Shown here piece after piece: positions 1-12,431 of a stretch of 64,000 nucleotides of DNA. Position 1 is the first letter of the stretch. Each line of letters begins with the position of its first letter. The position numbers and the translations under genes were made by a program. The notes under the pieces are model-generated. The model worked only from the letters and a program-made list of their open reading frames with translations, had not been told where the DNA came from and did not search any database. The DNA comes from Camelus dromedarius (taxonomy: Eukaryota), in the NCBI RefSeq assembly GCF_036321535.1, contig NC_087436.1, positions 71,054,001 through 71,118,000 on the forward strand, read 5' to 3'.

Positions 1-44
1 CAGCCTGCACTGAACTCCTCGTTCCTAAGAGAATGTTAAAGCGG

Positions 45-200
45 TAACGTTTATTGAATACTTAACATGTGCCAGGAACCATTCCAGGCATTTTGCACAT
101 ACACACTCATTTAATTCTCAGATTACCCAGTGCCTACAATCAACATCACCCGTTAGTTTACAAACAAGGAAACCAGAGGCATAGTGAGGCTTAATCACTA
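45..200 (-). mobile_element. MIR SINE fragment
   Basis: Sequence tttattgaatacttaacatgtgccagg...catttaattctca...aaggaaaccagaggc matches the typical MIR core. Confidence 0.7.
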
Positions 201-284
201 GTCATACTGATGATGCTTACTTTCCTTTGCTGTATGCGGATTGTGAATTTCACAAGAAAGTATTCGGATGTCCCTGAGCAGGAC

Positions 285-542
285 GTGAATAGCTTCTTTG
301 GAATCCCAACTGCTGGCTGCTGCCCCCTGGAGGGTGACGTTACTTCAGAGAGGGAAAGGAAGGCGGTGAGCAAGCGCAGAGCCCCAAGCGCCCAGCCCTA
401 GGGCAGCGCAGCCGCCAGGAGGTGGCAGGTGGCTGGCAGGTGGCAGACCTGGGGCTGGATCGTTGGAACCTGTTGCTGAATCTCAGCGGGGACGCTTCTG
501 GTTCCCAGCGCCGCCGCGGCTCTGCCCTAGCGTGGTGTGCAG
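285..542 (+). other. NPFFR2: NPFFR2 exon 1 (5' UTR; 5' boundary unknown)
   Basis: GC/CpG-rich segment ending in a strong donor CAG|GTAAGG at 540-548. Translation from 285 (VNSFFGIPTAGCCPLEGDVTS) resembles the start of the recalled human long isoform (MNSFFGTPAASWCLLESDVSS). Confidence 0.8.
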
Positions 543-830
543 GTAAGGGCGCGCGTCCGGCTGCGCGGGAGTCCGCAGCCCTCGCCGCTGGCTTGGATGA
601 TCTGTGTTAGCCACTGGAGTGTTACCTTGGGTTTTGCGACTTTACTCTTTCGACCTTTCCCAGCCCCTTGCTAGTAACACGAGCACCCTCTGGAGTCACA
701 GTCCAGGAGGGCGTCGCTTTGGTCACCAGCCTGACTTTTGGGGGCTTCTCTGCCCAAGCTCTGGATCGTGGATGTCTGTTCCCAGGGTCGCAGAGCTGGG
801 ATGGGGCGAGGGACCGGGGGTGCTTAAAGT
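330..830. promoter_or_regulatory. CpG-island-like promoter/first-exon region of NPFFR2
   Basis: CpG density here (gcgccgccgcggc, ggcgcgcgtccgg) is far above the AT-rich background. No TATA box is evident. A CRE-like TGACGTTA lies at 335-342. Confidence 0.7.
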
Positions 831-2773
831 TCTCCAGAAAACCTCTCCAGAGCTGTACTGGTATAACTTCTGTGTTGAAATCTCCTTGAAGAGCATGCTT
901 GAGTTTTCTAAACTACCCTCTTCATCTGTGATGATTATCTGCCAGAAAGGCTAAAATGAGGTTTCTTTTAGGACAGGACAGCACAGAGCCCTCAGTGAAG
1001 ACAGCTAGAGAGATTTTCAGCGATTCCTCGTGGTGATATACGGTTTCCAGTTTTGCCTCTCTTCTGCCAAACCTCCAGGCATTTTCCAGTGGTTCAGCCC
1101 TTGGCCAAAGATAGGGTCTGGTGTCAGAAAACAGGAAAATTCTCTGCTGTGCACTGTAATTTTTATTAAAGGTAGAACTATAAACTAAGAAAAAAAGATA
1201 CATTTGTTTATCCCTTTTTTCTCCTCAGCAAGACTAGATATTTCAGATTTATTTATTTTAAAGAGTCTTAAATCTAAGATGACATAAGCTAAAAGAATAT
1301 GCTTGATTTTTTTTTTCTGATCAAAGTAGTCAAAGTTATTTTAACCAGGTGTCTAAATTTCTCTTCCCATTGTTCATCCAAATCGTTTTCAGTTGATAAC
1401 AACGAATGAGGGGGAAGATGGGCAAATTGTGGTTTGGAAAATGTGGACATAGTTCTCTTTCCAGCTTCAACCCTAATTACATAAACCAAAATAGCTTGTG
1501 TAAAGTTATCTTAATAATTTCTTAAGTTATGATTGAATTTACAAAAGTGCTATGAAATGCTCGAAGATAGAAAGTTGAATGGCAATTGTGTGCAGAGTTC
1601 TGTTAGAGCCTTTTATCTGTTAAAAGCTTCTCTCAATCATTTAAGGAGAGTTCTTGCACTGTCTTTAAAGGTATACATTAATACTATTAAAAAGTAGGTA
1701 TTGTAATAATAAAATGTGCTTTCATTTTTGTTTGATAATGTGTTACTCGTGTTACTATCTTCTGCTTTTTTTTTTTAATCAACATAAAAATTTTTCTATA
1801 AACCACATCATCCAAAAAGATCTTCCTATCAGCCATATTTTCTTGATGTCTACAGATACCTTTAGGAGAGTTTGAATCTCAGACTTATTTTTTGTCTTCA
1901 TCTATTATCTATTTATTTTATCTGACATTTTTATTCTTGAGGATTTTGTGAATACATTACGAAGTATTTAAAAGCATGTATTAGAAATTTGTTGATTTTT
2001 AGGATTCTTTTACCTCACAGCTCCTGTTAATCACACTGTGGTTAGTATTCTCTTTTATAGATGTCAAAGGCTGTAGAATGTGTAGATAGAAATTACTAGT
2101 AACCAGTGAATGATTTGCTCCTGCAATATTAGTTCACTTGCTGTTCCTGGCTGATGTGTTTGTGATTTTTGATGAAAAATTCCATGCAAATGTCTCTCTG
2201 ATACATATTCACAAACTTTTTCACTATGTTGCATTAAATGGATTTCCACTCTAATCATGACAGAAAAAGAATACCTTTGTTCCTCAAAACTTCATATATT
2301 TAAAAATAATCATTTTATAAAATACTACCCTCCTTATTGTGGAGAGGGGGAATTGATTTTAGGTGAACATTTTAAAACTGTCATACATATTTTTAAAAGA
2401 TAAGTATTACTTCACTTTCCTAAAATATATCTATATTATAAGACTTTAATAATCATATGAAATTATTCTCTTAAACACATGAATTTTTTGCTTGCATTAG
2501 CTCGATGCTGGCCACTGATTTTTCTTTCCTTCCTAATTAACTTAAGTTTTAAAGTCCTAGCTCAGTGGGATAAACTGGCTCAAATGAATTTTCCAATTAC
2601 CTTGAAGCAGAACATTAAGAGTTCACTATCAAACCAAAGGCAGATGGAAATATATTGCCCCAGCAACGAGTTACAGTGGTCACCACAACAGGTAGCTGTT
2701 TTGAATGGGTCTTATGTCCTTCATGGACCCTGCAGAATTTTGAGATACAAGATTTATAAAAATGAAGAGATCA

Positions 2774-3132
2774 GTCTGTTTGTTTTGTAGTTGAGTTCAC
2801 TAGTGTCCTCTTTTTCTTTTTAGATTCCACATGAGTGATATCATATGGTATTTTTCTTTTTCTTTCTGGCTTACAGACTCGCAGACATAGTAAACAATTT
2901 TATGGTTACCAGGGGAAAGGGGATGGGAAGGGATAAATTTGGGAGTTTGAGATTTGCAAATGTTAGCCACCATATATAAAAATAGATTTAAAAAATTTCT
3001 TCTGTATAGCTCAGGGAACTCTATTCATTATCTTGTGATAATCTTTAATGAAAATGAATATATGTATGTATGTGCATGACTGGGACCAGAAATTGACACA
3101 TTGTAACTGACTGTCCTTCAATTTAAAAAAAT
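2774..3132 (+). mobile_element. 5'-truncated, 5'-inverted L1 (lineage-specific 3' end)
   Basis: 2774-2874 is the reverse complement of the ORF2-end/3'UTR segment seen at ~43440-43540. 2873-3131 is the forward 3'UTR plus A-tail. Confidence 0.85.
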
Positions 3133-5719
3133 AGCGATCAGGTTTTCTTCCCAGCCAGGCTTCTGACTGACTCTGTGCCTGAGGCAAATCATTTAACTTC
3201 TGTAAGTCTAGGATTTCTCAAATATAAAAGGATGAGTTAGAATATGCTTTTAAAAATCTTTTCACCCCTCTAGGTTTCCCTGTCTATGGTAAGAGGGCAG
3301 ATGAGCCAGAGTGAGAAGGCTCAGATATCCTTGTTTTGCCTTGGGCAAGGCCCTGAAAATTCTAAGAAATCAGTATCTTGTGTGACCAGTGGGCTATTAC
3401 AGGGGATGAATGGGATGCTGTGGACGGCTGTGCTGGCTGCAGCATCTGGCACATAGCAGATGCACAGTGACGTTCTTTAAGGCACCCATCTCTGACAAAT
3501 CTAAGGCTTTTCTCTGTCTCCAGCAGGGGAGATGAGCGAAGTGCAGAGAAGTTCCTTCTACATGTGCAGGTGGCCATTACCAGGCTAGCTCCAACAGTGT
3601 GCGACAGGTACCAGGAGATGGGAGGGTCAGAGCCTCAAGCATGTGATGAATGACTCTTTGATGCCTCCCCAACCTTGCCGTCACACACAAAAAAGGTCAG
3701 AGTTTGTCAGGGCAGCACAAAACCTGCATGTATCTCCATGTCACACAAGACTGAGAAGACAAGCCCTGTTCAGTTCCCTGTCAAACCAGATGCAATTCTC
3801 CGTCACAGCAAAGCACACCAGGCAGACACTGTACACTAGGGGCGTCCGAATAGCAGCACAACCCAAATCACACCACAGCAGTAACTTAAAGAAAGAAAGA
3901 AAAAAACTACAAAGTAACACCCGAAATGCCAAGAAATTGGATCTCTCTTTGTTGCCACTGAAAATTTAACATTTACAAATATTTCCAGAGTAGATTCCTT
4001 ACTTTATTTTCTTCTTGGGCTGTTGAAAGTTCTTATTCACGTGCCTGCAAAAAATCTGGGTTCCATCGCGGCAACTGCAGACTAAGGCATCTTCTACTAG
4101 AAAACAGAAATCTCAGTTGACTTCTGTTTTCAAAACTCTTAGAGGATCTACGAAGCATACCAGACTAGCACAGTTCTGGTTGCTTTGGGAAACAACTTCC
4201 CAAAGCCAGATGAAACAGTGATGGCCAACCTGCAGCAGGCTGTAACTTTGTGAGTGGTGGCTCATGTAATCCTCATGGTTTTAGAAACTGGGTACATCAC
4301 AGTCTCTGTTTGGTTGATAAGGAAACTGAGGTTTGGAGAGAATTGGCCCAAAGTAAATACATGTGCTAAACCAAAGAATCAGGATAATGAAGTCACATAG
4401 CCCTCAAGTCCACATGCTTAAATTCTATACTGCAAGGCCCCCACATTCATGGTGATGGCAACTTACAATCAAAGTAGTGATTTCTGCATATGCCACATTT
4501 CCCTAAGTAAAAGCTGCATTCTTAGGAAGAAATAAATATTACTGGCTTGATGAAGCTTCTTATAAGCAGAAGCAGGAAACATCAGTTACTTGTGAAGCTT
4601 TTTCGAATGCCTGTCTCTGAGTCCCACCACTGGACACCAGTGGGTCTGAGGTTGGGTCTGGGTATATGTATTTTTATGACTCTGAGTGAAAATAATCCAC
4701 ATGATTTCTCTTAGTGGAAAAAAAAATTGGTCCCAACCACATTGCTATTTGCAGCCACAGACAGAAGAAACTTAAGTATTGTCTGAAAAAAAGGAATATT
4801 TAGAGAAAATGTAACAAGAGGATAAACATTGTGTGCATTCAGTCGCACCAGAATGCCAGTTAAATAGTTGTCTAAACCAGAGCTTATTGCGCATTAACAT
4901 AAAACTCAGTAAGGGAAAATTTCAGATGAAGAGGTTGCTCATGACCTGATGATTCTCATATGACCTGGGGGAGGACGGCAGGGATCAGTCAGTTTTGCAG
5001 ACTGTTTCCTCCTTCAGAGAGGGTCATCTCAAACGTCCTGTCTCCTTGCAAAATTTAGACACCTGCAGTACCCAGGGTTTCTCTGAACTTTCCTTCTTTC
5101 CTTCAAAGTAGGAGATCTCAATCAGTGGCTTTACTTAAAGACTTTAATTAACTGAATAGAATTTAAAGTACCTATTTAAAGTTTCTGAATTTTCCTTTTC
5201 CATTTCACTCCCTGTCCCTGCCATCTTGGCACACTGGTACTGAAGTGACAGTGGGCTCTCTAAGAATACAGCTTCCCATCCTTACACGCAGAGCCTATAG
5301 CAGAGTTTGCAGCCTTATACCTCCTTTGGCTCCTTACTCAGAATCTCCTGGAATTCCCCATCCTCAACAGGTTTGCGAGGACTTTTTGTCCTTGGGGGTT
5401 GGCGGGGGACATTTATATCACAGTGCTCCTTCAGGCTTGGAAGTCTGTGGCTGGAATCCTGCCTCTCTGAGGGGATTCCTTTTGTCTGTACTTTCAGTGG
5501 GAAGCCGCCTCAAATGATTTCTGATCCATAATGCAATTTATGCTTCTTCTATAACGAGCAGCCCTGTGGGGCTTGCTGAAGACAAACCATAACTTGCCCA
5601 CATCCCCTGTCCTAAGCTTGCTTTTCTTGATATTTTAATTATCCAGGTTTTGGTAACCTTTTAATTTTTTAAGTTTTCCTACCGAAGGAGGGCCTTGGAG
5701 GTTCTACAGTCTGTAAGCC

Positions 5720-6125
5720 TGACAAATTCTCTCTGACTTCATGCTTCACTCTCATGCCTCTTGTCCTCACGTGGTCCCTCCAGCCTTGAATATTCCAGGC
5801 TCAGCTTTTGCACTTGCTGTCCTGCCTGCCTGTGAATCTAGCCCGCCAGAGCTGCACAAGCAGGGACTCTTTACCCTTTCAGCTGCAGGGCTGGTGTGCC
5901 TCCCAGTGCCACTTGTCATCACAGCATCGTCTGATCTGTAACTGGACCCACCTGGTACCTGACACCACCTCCATTTCTGTGATTACTTCCTTATGATCTT
6001 ATTCTCCAGTAGGAGAATCTAAGCTCCATGAGAGATGAACTTTGTACCTTTATATTCACTCCTGGCCTCAGTGCCTAGAACGATCTGGCACATAGTAGAA
6101 ATTCAGCAAATACTTGTTTGGTGAA
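5720..6125 (+). mobile_element. L2 LINE 3' fragment
   Basis: Sequence taagctccatgag...cagtgcctagaacgatctggcacatagtag...aaatacttgtt is the typical L2 3' end. Confidence 0.65.
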
Positions 6126-6479
6126 AATGTCATTTCCATGACCCTATCAGATTCTCCTGCATCTTTTTGAAAGCTCAGCCAAGTTGCTAAAACTTCAACC
6201 TTAGCTACCATTCTTCCTTTGTGGTTTTCTTTTTCTCCTTTCCCCTGATTCTAATTTAACTAAAAGAACCATCTGTACATAGTTTTTCATTTCACGTGGG
6301 AGAAAAGATTTTGAAAAAGCCCTTTATTTACCATTGTCTTCACTATTTTAATACACATGCAGGTTCCATGGTATCTGTGTATGTTGATTTTTAAGAATAA
6401 TCTGGGTCTGAGCACTAAGAAAGACTAAAATATGGTATAAAATGGTACGTTTACTTTTTTGATAAAGTTAAATACACCC

Positions 6480-9400
6480 TTTTTAACTTTTCATTAGCAT
6501 AATTTTTTATCTGTAAAAATATTTTATTTTAAAAATATAAATGAATGTAATTTGATATAAATGCCCAAATTATATTCTGTTGCTATTAAATTCTTAATTC
6601 CTCAATTTCCTTTCTTAATTTACTCTGCCCACTCCTCTGCTTCCAAATCACAGGTGATCCATGTTAGCAACCGCATTCTATCATTCTGGAGTTTCCTGTG
6701 GTTTCATAACCATTCACATATACGCATACACAAACATGCTTCTGTATACACACGTGCACATCAATCTTTCTGTCACCATTTTCCAAAAATGCATATCTTC
6801 TTTTGCTTATGCACTACTACCTGGTGAAAAATCCTCCACTGCAACTATAATAGATGAAAATAAAACTTTAAATGTCTGTACAATATGATATGGATAAATA
6901 AAAAACAATAAATTCAACCTATCCTCCTTTTATAAACATTTACTTTGTTTCCAGGGGGCTTTATTTATTTGGTTTTCTCACAAAACAAGGCTATAATAGT
7001 TTATAAATATTTGTATTTTCTAAGTTCAAGAGGTAGAAATACTTTCAAATTATGTACTTGCCATATTGCTTCTAAAGTATTACAAATAGTCACATTTTCA
7101 CCAGAAAATTATGAAACTACTCTTTATGCATGTCCTCACAGCCACAGACGCTGTAACTCTTTAATTTTTAATTATTACATTAATTTGAATCTCTTAACAA
7201 CTTGTGAAATTGTGTATCTTTTTTATATTCTTCACATATTTGGATTTTCTCTTATATAAATTGTTTAATCAATACCTATGATCATTTTTCTGGTGGGTTA
7301 TTTGTCTTTCTGAAGAATTTGTAAGTGTTCTTTGAAAATTATTGATATTAACTCATATAACAAATATTTTCCACATTTTTACTGCCTTAATTCATAACTT
7401 TTACTATATATATTCAATTTATTTTTTATAGTTAGAATATTTAATTTTTATTATGTGAATTTTAAGAGTTTGGTATTGATTAATATGATTTTCCCTTTCC
7501 CTAGATTGGGCTGGTAGCCATCTAGATTTTATTGGAATTTCCTCATTTTAAAAATTTTTAATGTTTGTACTTAATTCAAGTGAATTTTTTAAAACTTACT
7601 TAAAATCTCAATATATTATAAGATAGTAAGCCAACTTTAACTTCTTCCTAATGGATTCTTAAATAGTTCACTCTTCCTCACCAAACAAATATCATTTTTG
7701 TCATGTAGTAAAATTTCATATTATATTTCCATATTCCTGATTCTGTTTTTCTGCTCTGTTTATCCATGTCTATGGCAACTCCAAATTGCTTTATGTTTAC
7801 CATACAGTATTCTGATATTTTAAAAAGCATATCTTTTCACTATCCTTTCTCTTAATTTTCCTGGCTCTTCTTGGGCATTTAGTCCTTCCTCTGAACTTTT
7901 TACTGTATTCTGAAACAAATTCCATTACCTGCTTTGGAAACATTTTCTACGAATGAACTTTTGTCTATCCATATTTTAAATGCAATTATATTAAGTTTAT
8001 ATACTAATCTGGGGAGATGACATTTAAATAATTAAAATTTTCCTTCTATAAATATGGTATGTTATTCAATTTGTCAGATTAAAAAAATCTTAGGATTTTA
8101 TTTTTATGTAATTTATGTGTTATATTCTATCTTTTGTGTTAAATGTATTTCTACATAAACACTATATTTTGCTTACTGCTGTAAAATGAATTTTTTTTTC
8201 ATTTTAATTTCCAAGTGTTTATTGTCATATTAAGAAAGGCTACTTTTTTAAGGTAATATGTTTTGAACAACCAGTTAACTAATTTGTTAAATGAATTATA
8301 GTAGCTATTTACTAGAGCATATTGATTTTTTTTTGGAATAAGATGGTTTTGGCTCTTTTCAATGTTTCTACCAAATATACAATATCTTTGCCATTCTATA
8401 CTTACTATAATCCACTGAGACAAAGTTGAACAATGATCAAACATAACAATGCTATCAGGCATGGTTATCAAATTTCTGGTTAAAATGAAAGAGTCTTTAC
8501 AACATTGTAGTTAGAATAGTCTGCTTGGTTTGGGGTGTAAAGTCCTTTTTAGTACTTATTTTACTTCTGTTTCTTGTGTATGTATTTTTTATTAATAATA
8601 CTAAGTGTTTTTTAAAATGATCTATTAGTACATAATCACGTAATTTATATTTCTTAATTTATTGATGTAATAGACTGTTGATAGATTTCCTGACGTTTAA
8701 TCACTCTGGTATTCCTAGAACAAGTCCTTGTTGATTTTTCTTTTTATATCTTATTGAATCTGAGGTTTATCTAGAAGTGTGCTTTGTTAGAAGTGTCTAG
8801 GAGTCTTTTAGTACATTACTATATTCTATTTGATAATTTTTAAAAATCTGCTTCTATATTTTCTGAATCCATATAAATGAGATTGAATATATATTTATAT
8901 TACTATTTCTATTAGCAGCTTTCAGCATTATATTAAGGTTTACTTTAAAAGTAATTTGATGAATTTTCTGAATTTTTCTATGGCCTAGATTATTTTAAAT
9001 AATTTTGGAATTGTCTACTCTTTAAAGGTTACAGTAGAGTTCTTCTCTGAACCATCTTGTTTTGTTATCATTGAATTATTTTTCCATTTACTTCTGCTAG
9101 TCTACTCGAGCTTATTATTTCCTTTTGGGAAAAATTTGGTTAAATTGAAGTGTTAAGAAATCATCCATCTAGATATTTGCCATTGTTGCCATAGGTACAA
9201 ATAATATTCTATAAATTATTTTAATGCAGTGTAATATTTTTATTACATAAAATTTTTATCTTATTTTGTTCTTTTGCCTTTGTCTTTAATAAAGCTCAAG
9301 AGAAGTTTATATAATTTTACTGATGTTTTCAAAGATCTAGCTTTTTAAAATGTATTGCTTTTTCTGTTTGACAAACTTTTTATTCATCCCATCTTCCTAA

Positions 9401-9640
9401 CTGCTTTCACTATTATTATTTTGATTGATATTATTGATAATTTTTCTAATTTCTTTAGATAAATACTGTTCTTTTATTTTTGTAATTTCTACTAATAAAG
9501 TCAAGGCTACATATTGTTTTAAAAACTATTTTTCATTCTTTCTAGAGTTTTTTTGTTCTTTTTTATGTCTCATCTGACAAGATTTATCTAGAAGTATTTT
9601 TGTTAGTTTCCAAATGGTTAGGATATGTTATTCAGCTTTT
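6480..9640 (-). mobile_element. Old, degraded L1M (L1ME-like) fragments
   Basis: Very T-rich stretch with antisense L1 ORF2/3'UTR-like phrases. Confidence 0.55.
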
Positions 9641-9833
9641 AATTATTTATATCTAATTTTATTATAGCCAAAGAATATGCAAGTATACATAGATAACTCT
9701 GAAAATCAGTGCAGAGACTACAACCCAATAAAAAACAAACAAGGAAAATGAAAAAGTGAATGATATGTAAGCACGTAAAAAAGAGATGCTCAAACTCCCT
9801 AGTAATCAGAACATTCAGATTAAAACAAGATAG

Positions 9834-12431
9834 AGTGACATTAGCAAGAATAGATGGATAAGGCCTCCTTTGCATGTATGCTCCCCTCAACTACAACAAT
9901 TTGTCGTCCTCCCATGGACAGAAGTGCCTTTGTGCTAAGTGTGGGATCCAACTAGGAGACTGTGAAACCCGAGTGCAGTCTAGGAAGGGAGAGAGCTGTT
10001 CTGAGAAGTCAGGGACAGGCCTGCACCCAGGCAGCTGCCTCACGAACCCTGGTTCTGGCTGTAAACCCAGAAACAACTTCATACCCCTGACTGTTCAGCT
10101 ACAGCCCTGTTTGGCTTTGTTTCCATCAACAACACTGTATACCAAGGGGCCTGGGAGGAGTCTCACCCTCTTGTGCATCAAGTTATAGGCATGCAGACTT
10201 CAGTCCCATTTCTGGACGCTGAAGAGGCCTGTGAATTGGCTCCAGCCCCTCTGGGCCCTGGACCGGGAGCCCCTGAAGAACAGTGACTCAGTCACCCACC
10301 CACATGTGAGACAGCCTGAGTGGAGCTCCAGGAGTCCAGCGGGAAGTTCCAGCACACCACTGGGAAGACATCAGGGATGAGACACACTGAAGACAGTAAG
10401 AGGAACAGGTTGACTTTACTCATACCACCCTTCCCCCAGGAGGCACAGCTCAGTCCCACAACGAGACCTTTGTGGCCTGTGTTTTCTGCTGTGGGGGAAA
10501 ACGAGAGCCTGGGAGTGAGTGCCTGGCTTCCCCGGCTGCTGCCAAAAAGGCCTGTTCATCTCTTGCCTCATTTGGAGTACTGAGTCATGACCTGCATGAC
10601 TCAGGGGCAATGAGCAGCTGGGAGAACAGCAGCCAGGGCTCAGAAGAGATGGGGATCCTACTTACTGCATCACAGATTCCATTGGGAGCCTGCCTATAAG
10701 CCACCAGGGAAGATTTACCTGCGGATTTCCCCAATTGGCCCACTGGGACCCCCAGGACTCCACATGCCTCACCCACACACACCCTACCCATCCCGTGGCC
10801 AGCTCCCAGTGAGTTCCAGGGACTGGAGAGAGAGAGATCTGCAGATTAATGGGCACGTACAATAAGCTGACCCAAATATGTAGACCTGGGAGAGACCATA
10901 AACTTGAGCATTTAGCGCTGTCCTTGGGAAAACAAAAGGCAGACTGTCACCACTTGGCCTGGCTTGGCAGGATCAAGAGAATGTATCTAAGCTTAAGGAT
11001 TACGCTACAAAAGGGAGCAAGAAGTGTGAAGCAGATATATCTACAGAAGGTATGCAAAAACCTCAAACCTGAGCAGGGCTGCTGGAAGGTTTCGTCCTGA
11101 AGTGAGTCAGCAAACACTGGAGGAGAGGACTGCTACTTCAGATGTGAAGATATCAGCACGAGACTTCAAGGAACATGAAAAATTAAGGGTACATGGCACC
11201 ACCAAAGGAAGACAATAATTTTTCAGTAACTGACCCGAAAGACACGGATATTTGTGATTTACCCAATAAAGAATTCAAAATAGCTGTTTTAAAGGAATTC
11301 AATGAGCTATAAGAAAACACAGAAAGATAATTCAGTGAAATCATGGAAACGACACATGAATACAGTGAGAAGCTTAACCAAGATACAGAAATCATAAAAA
11401 AAGAACCAAACAAATTCTGTAGCTGAAGAACACATGAAATGAAAAATGCAATAAAGGGCTGCAATAACAGAACTGATCCAGCAGAAGACAAAAACTGTGA
11501 CGTGGAGGACAGGACCTATGAAAGTGTCCAATCAGAAGAGAACAAAGAGAAAGAATGAAAAGAGTGAAAAGAAAGAATATGATATTACCTTACTTGTTAG
11601 AAGGGCAGGTATCAGAAAGACAAGAGATGTGTTAGTGAGGACGTGGAGAAAAGGGGATATTGGTAGGACTATAAAGTGGTACAGACACTATGGAAAACAG
11701 TATGGAGGATACTCAAAAAATTATATTTAGAACTACCATATGATCCAGAAGTCCATGTCTGGGTACATATCCTAAGGAAATGAAATCACTATCTCAGAGA
11801 GATAGCAGCACTCCCAAGTTCACTGCAGCATTATTCATAATGGACAATGTATTGAAACAACTTAAATGTCCATCTGCAGATAAATGAATCAAGAAGATAT
11901 GGTGTAAAAATACATTGGAATATTATTCAGTCATGAGAAAGAAGGAAACCCTGCCATTTGCAACAACACGGATGGATGTTGAGGGCATTATGTTCAGTGA
12001 AATAAATCAGATAAAGACAAATACTGTATGATCTCACTCCTATGTGGAATCTGAAAAATCTGAATTCATAGTAAAATGGAGTAGAATGATGCTTGCTAGG
12101 GGTTGGAGAAAATGGGGAGATGTTGGTCAAAGTGTATGAACTTCCAGTTATAAGACTGACCAATTGTGGAGATCTAATGTTCAGCATGGTGACTATAATT
12201 CACAACATTGTCTTACATATTTAAAAATTTTATTAAGAGTAAATCTTACATGTTCTCACCACCAAAAAAAAAAAAAAAAAGGTAATTATGTGAGGTGATG
12301 GAGATGCTAACTAACCCTACTATGGTAATCATTTTGCAATATATACATAAATTGAATTACCAAGTTGTACATGTTAAGCTTACACAATGCAATATGTCAA
12401 TTATATCTCAATAAAGCCAGAAAAAAAAAAG
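9834..12431 (+). mobile_element. L1 (L1MA-like): 5'UTR and ORF1 start joined to the ORF2 end/3'UTR
   Basis: GC-richer 5'UTR (~9834-11170), then ORF1-like sequence (aataaagaattcaaaatagctgtttt), then ORF2-end sequence from ~11580, a 3'UTR ending ctcaataaagcc and an A-tail at 12421-12430. Confidence 0.8.
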
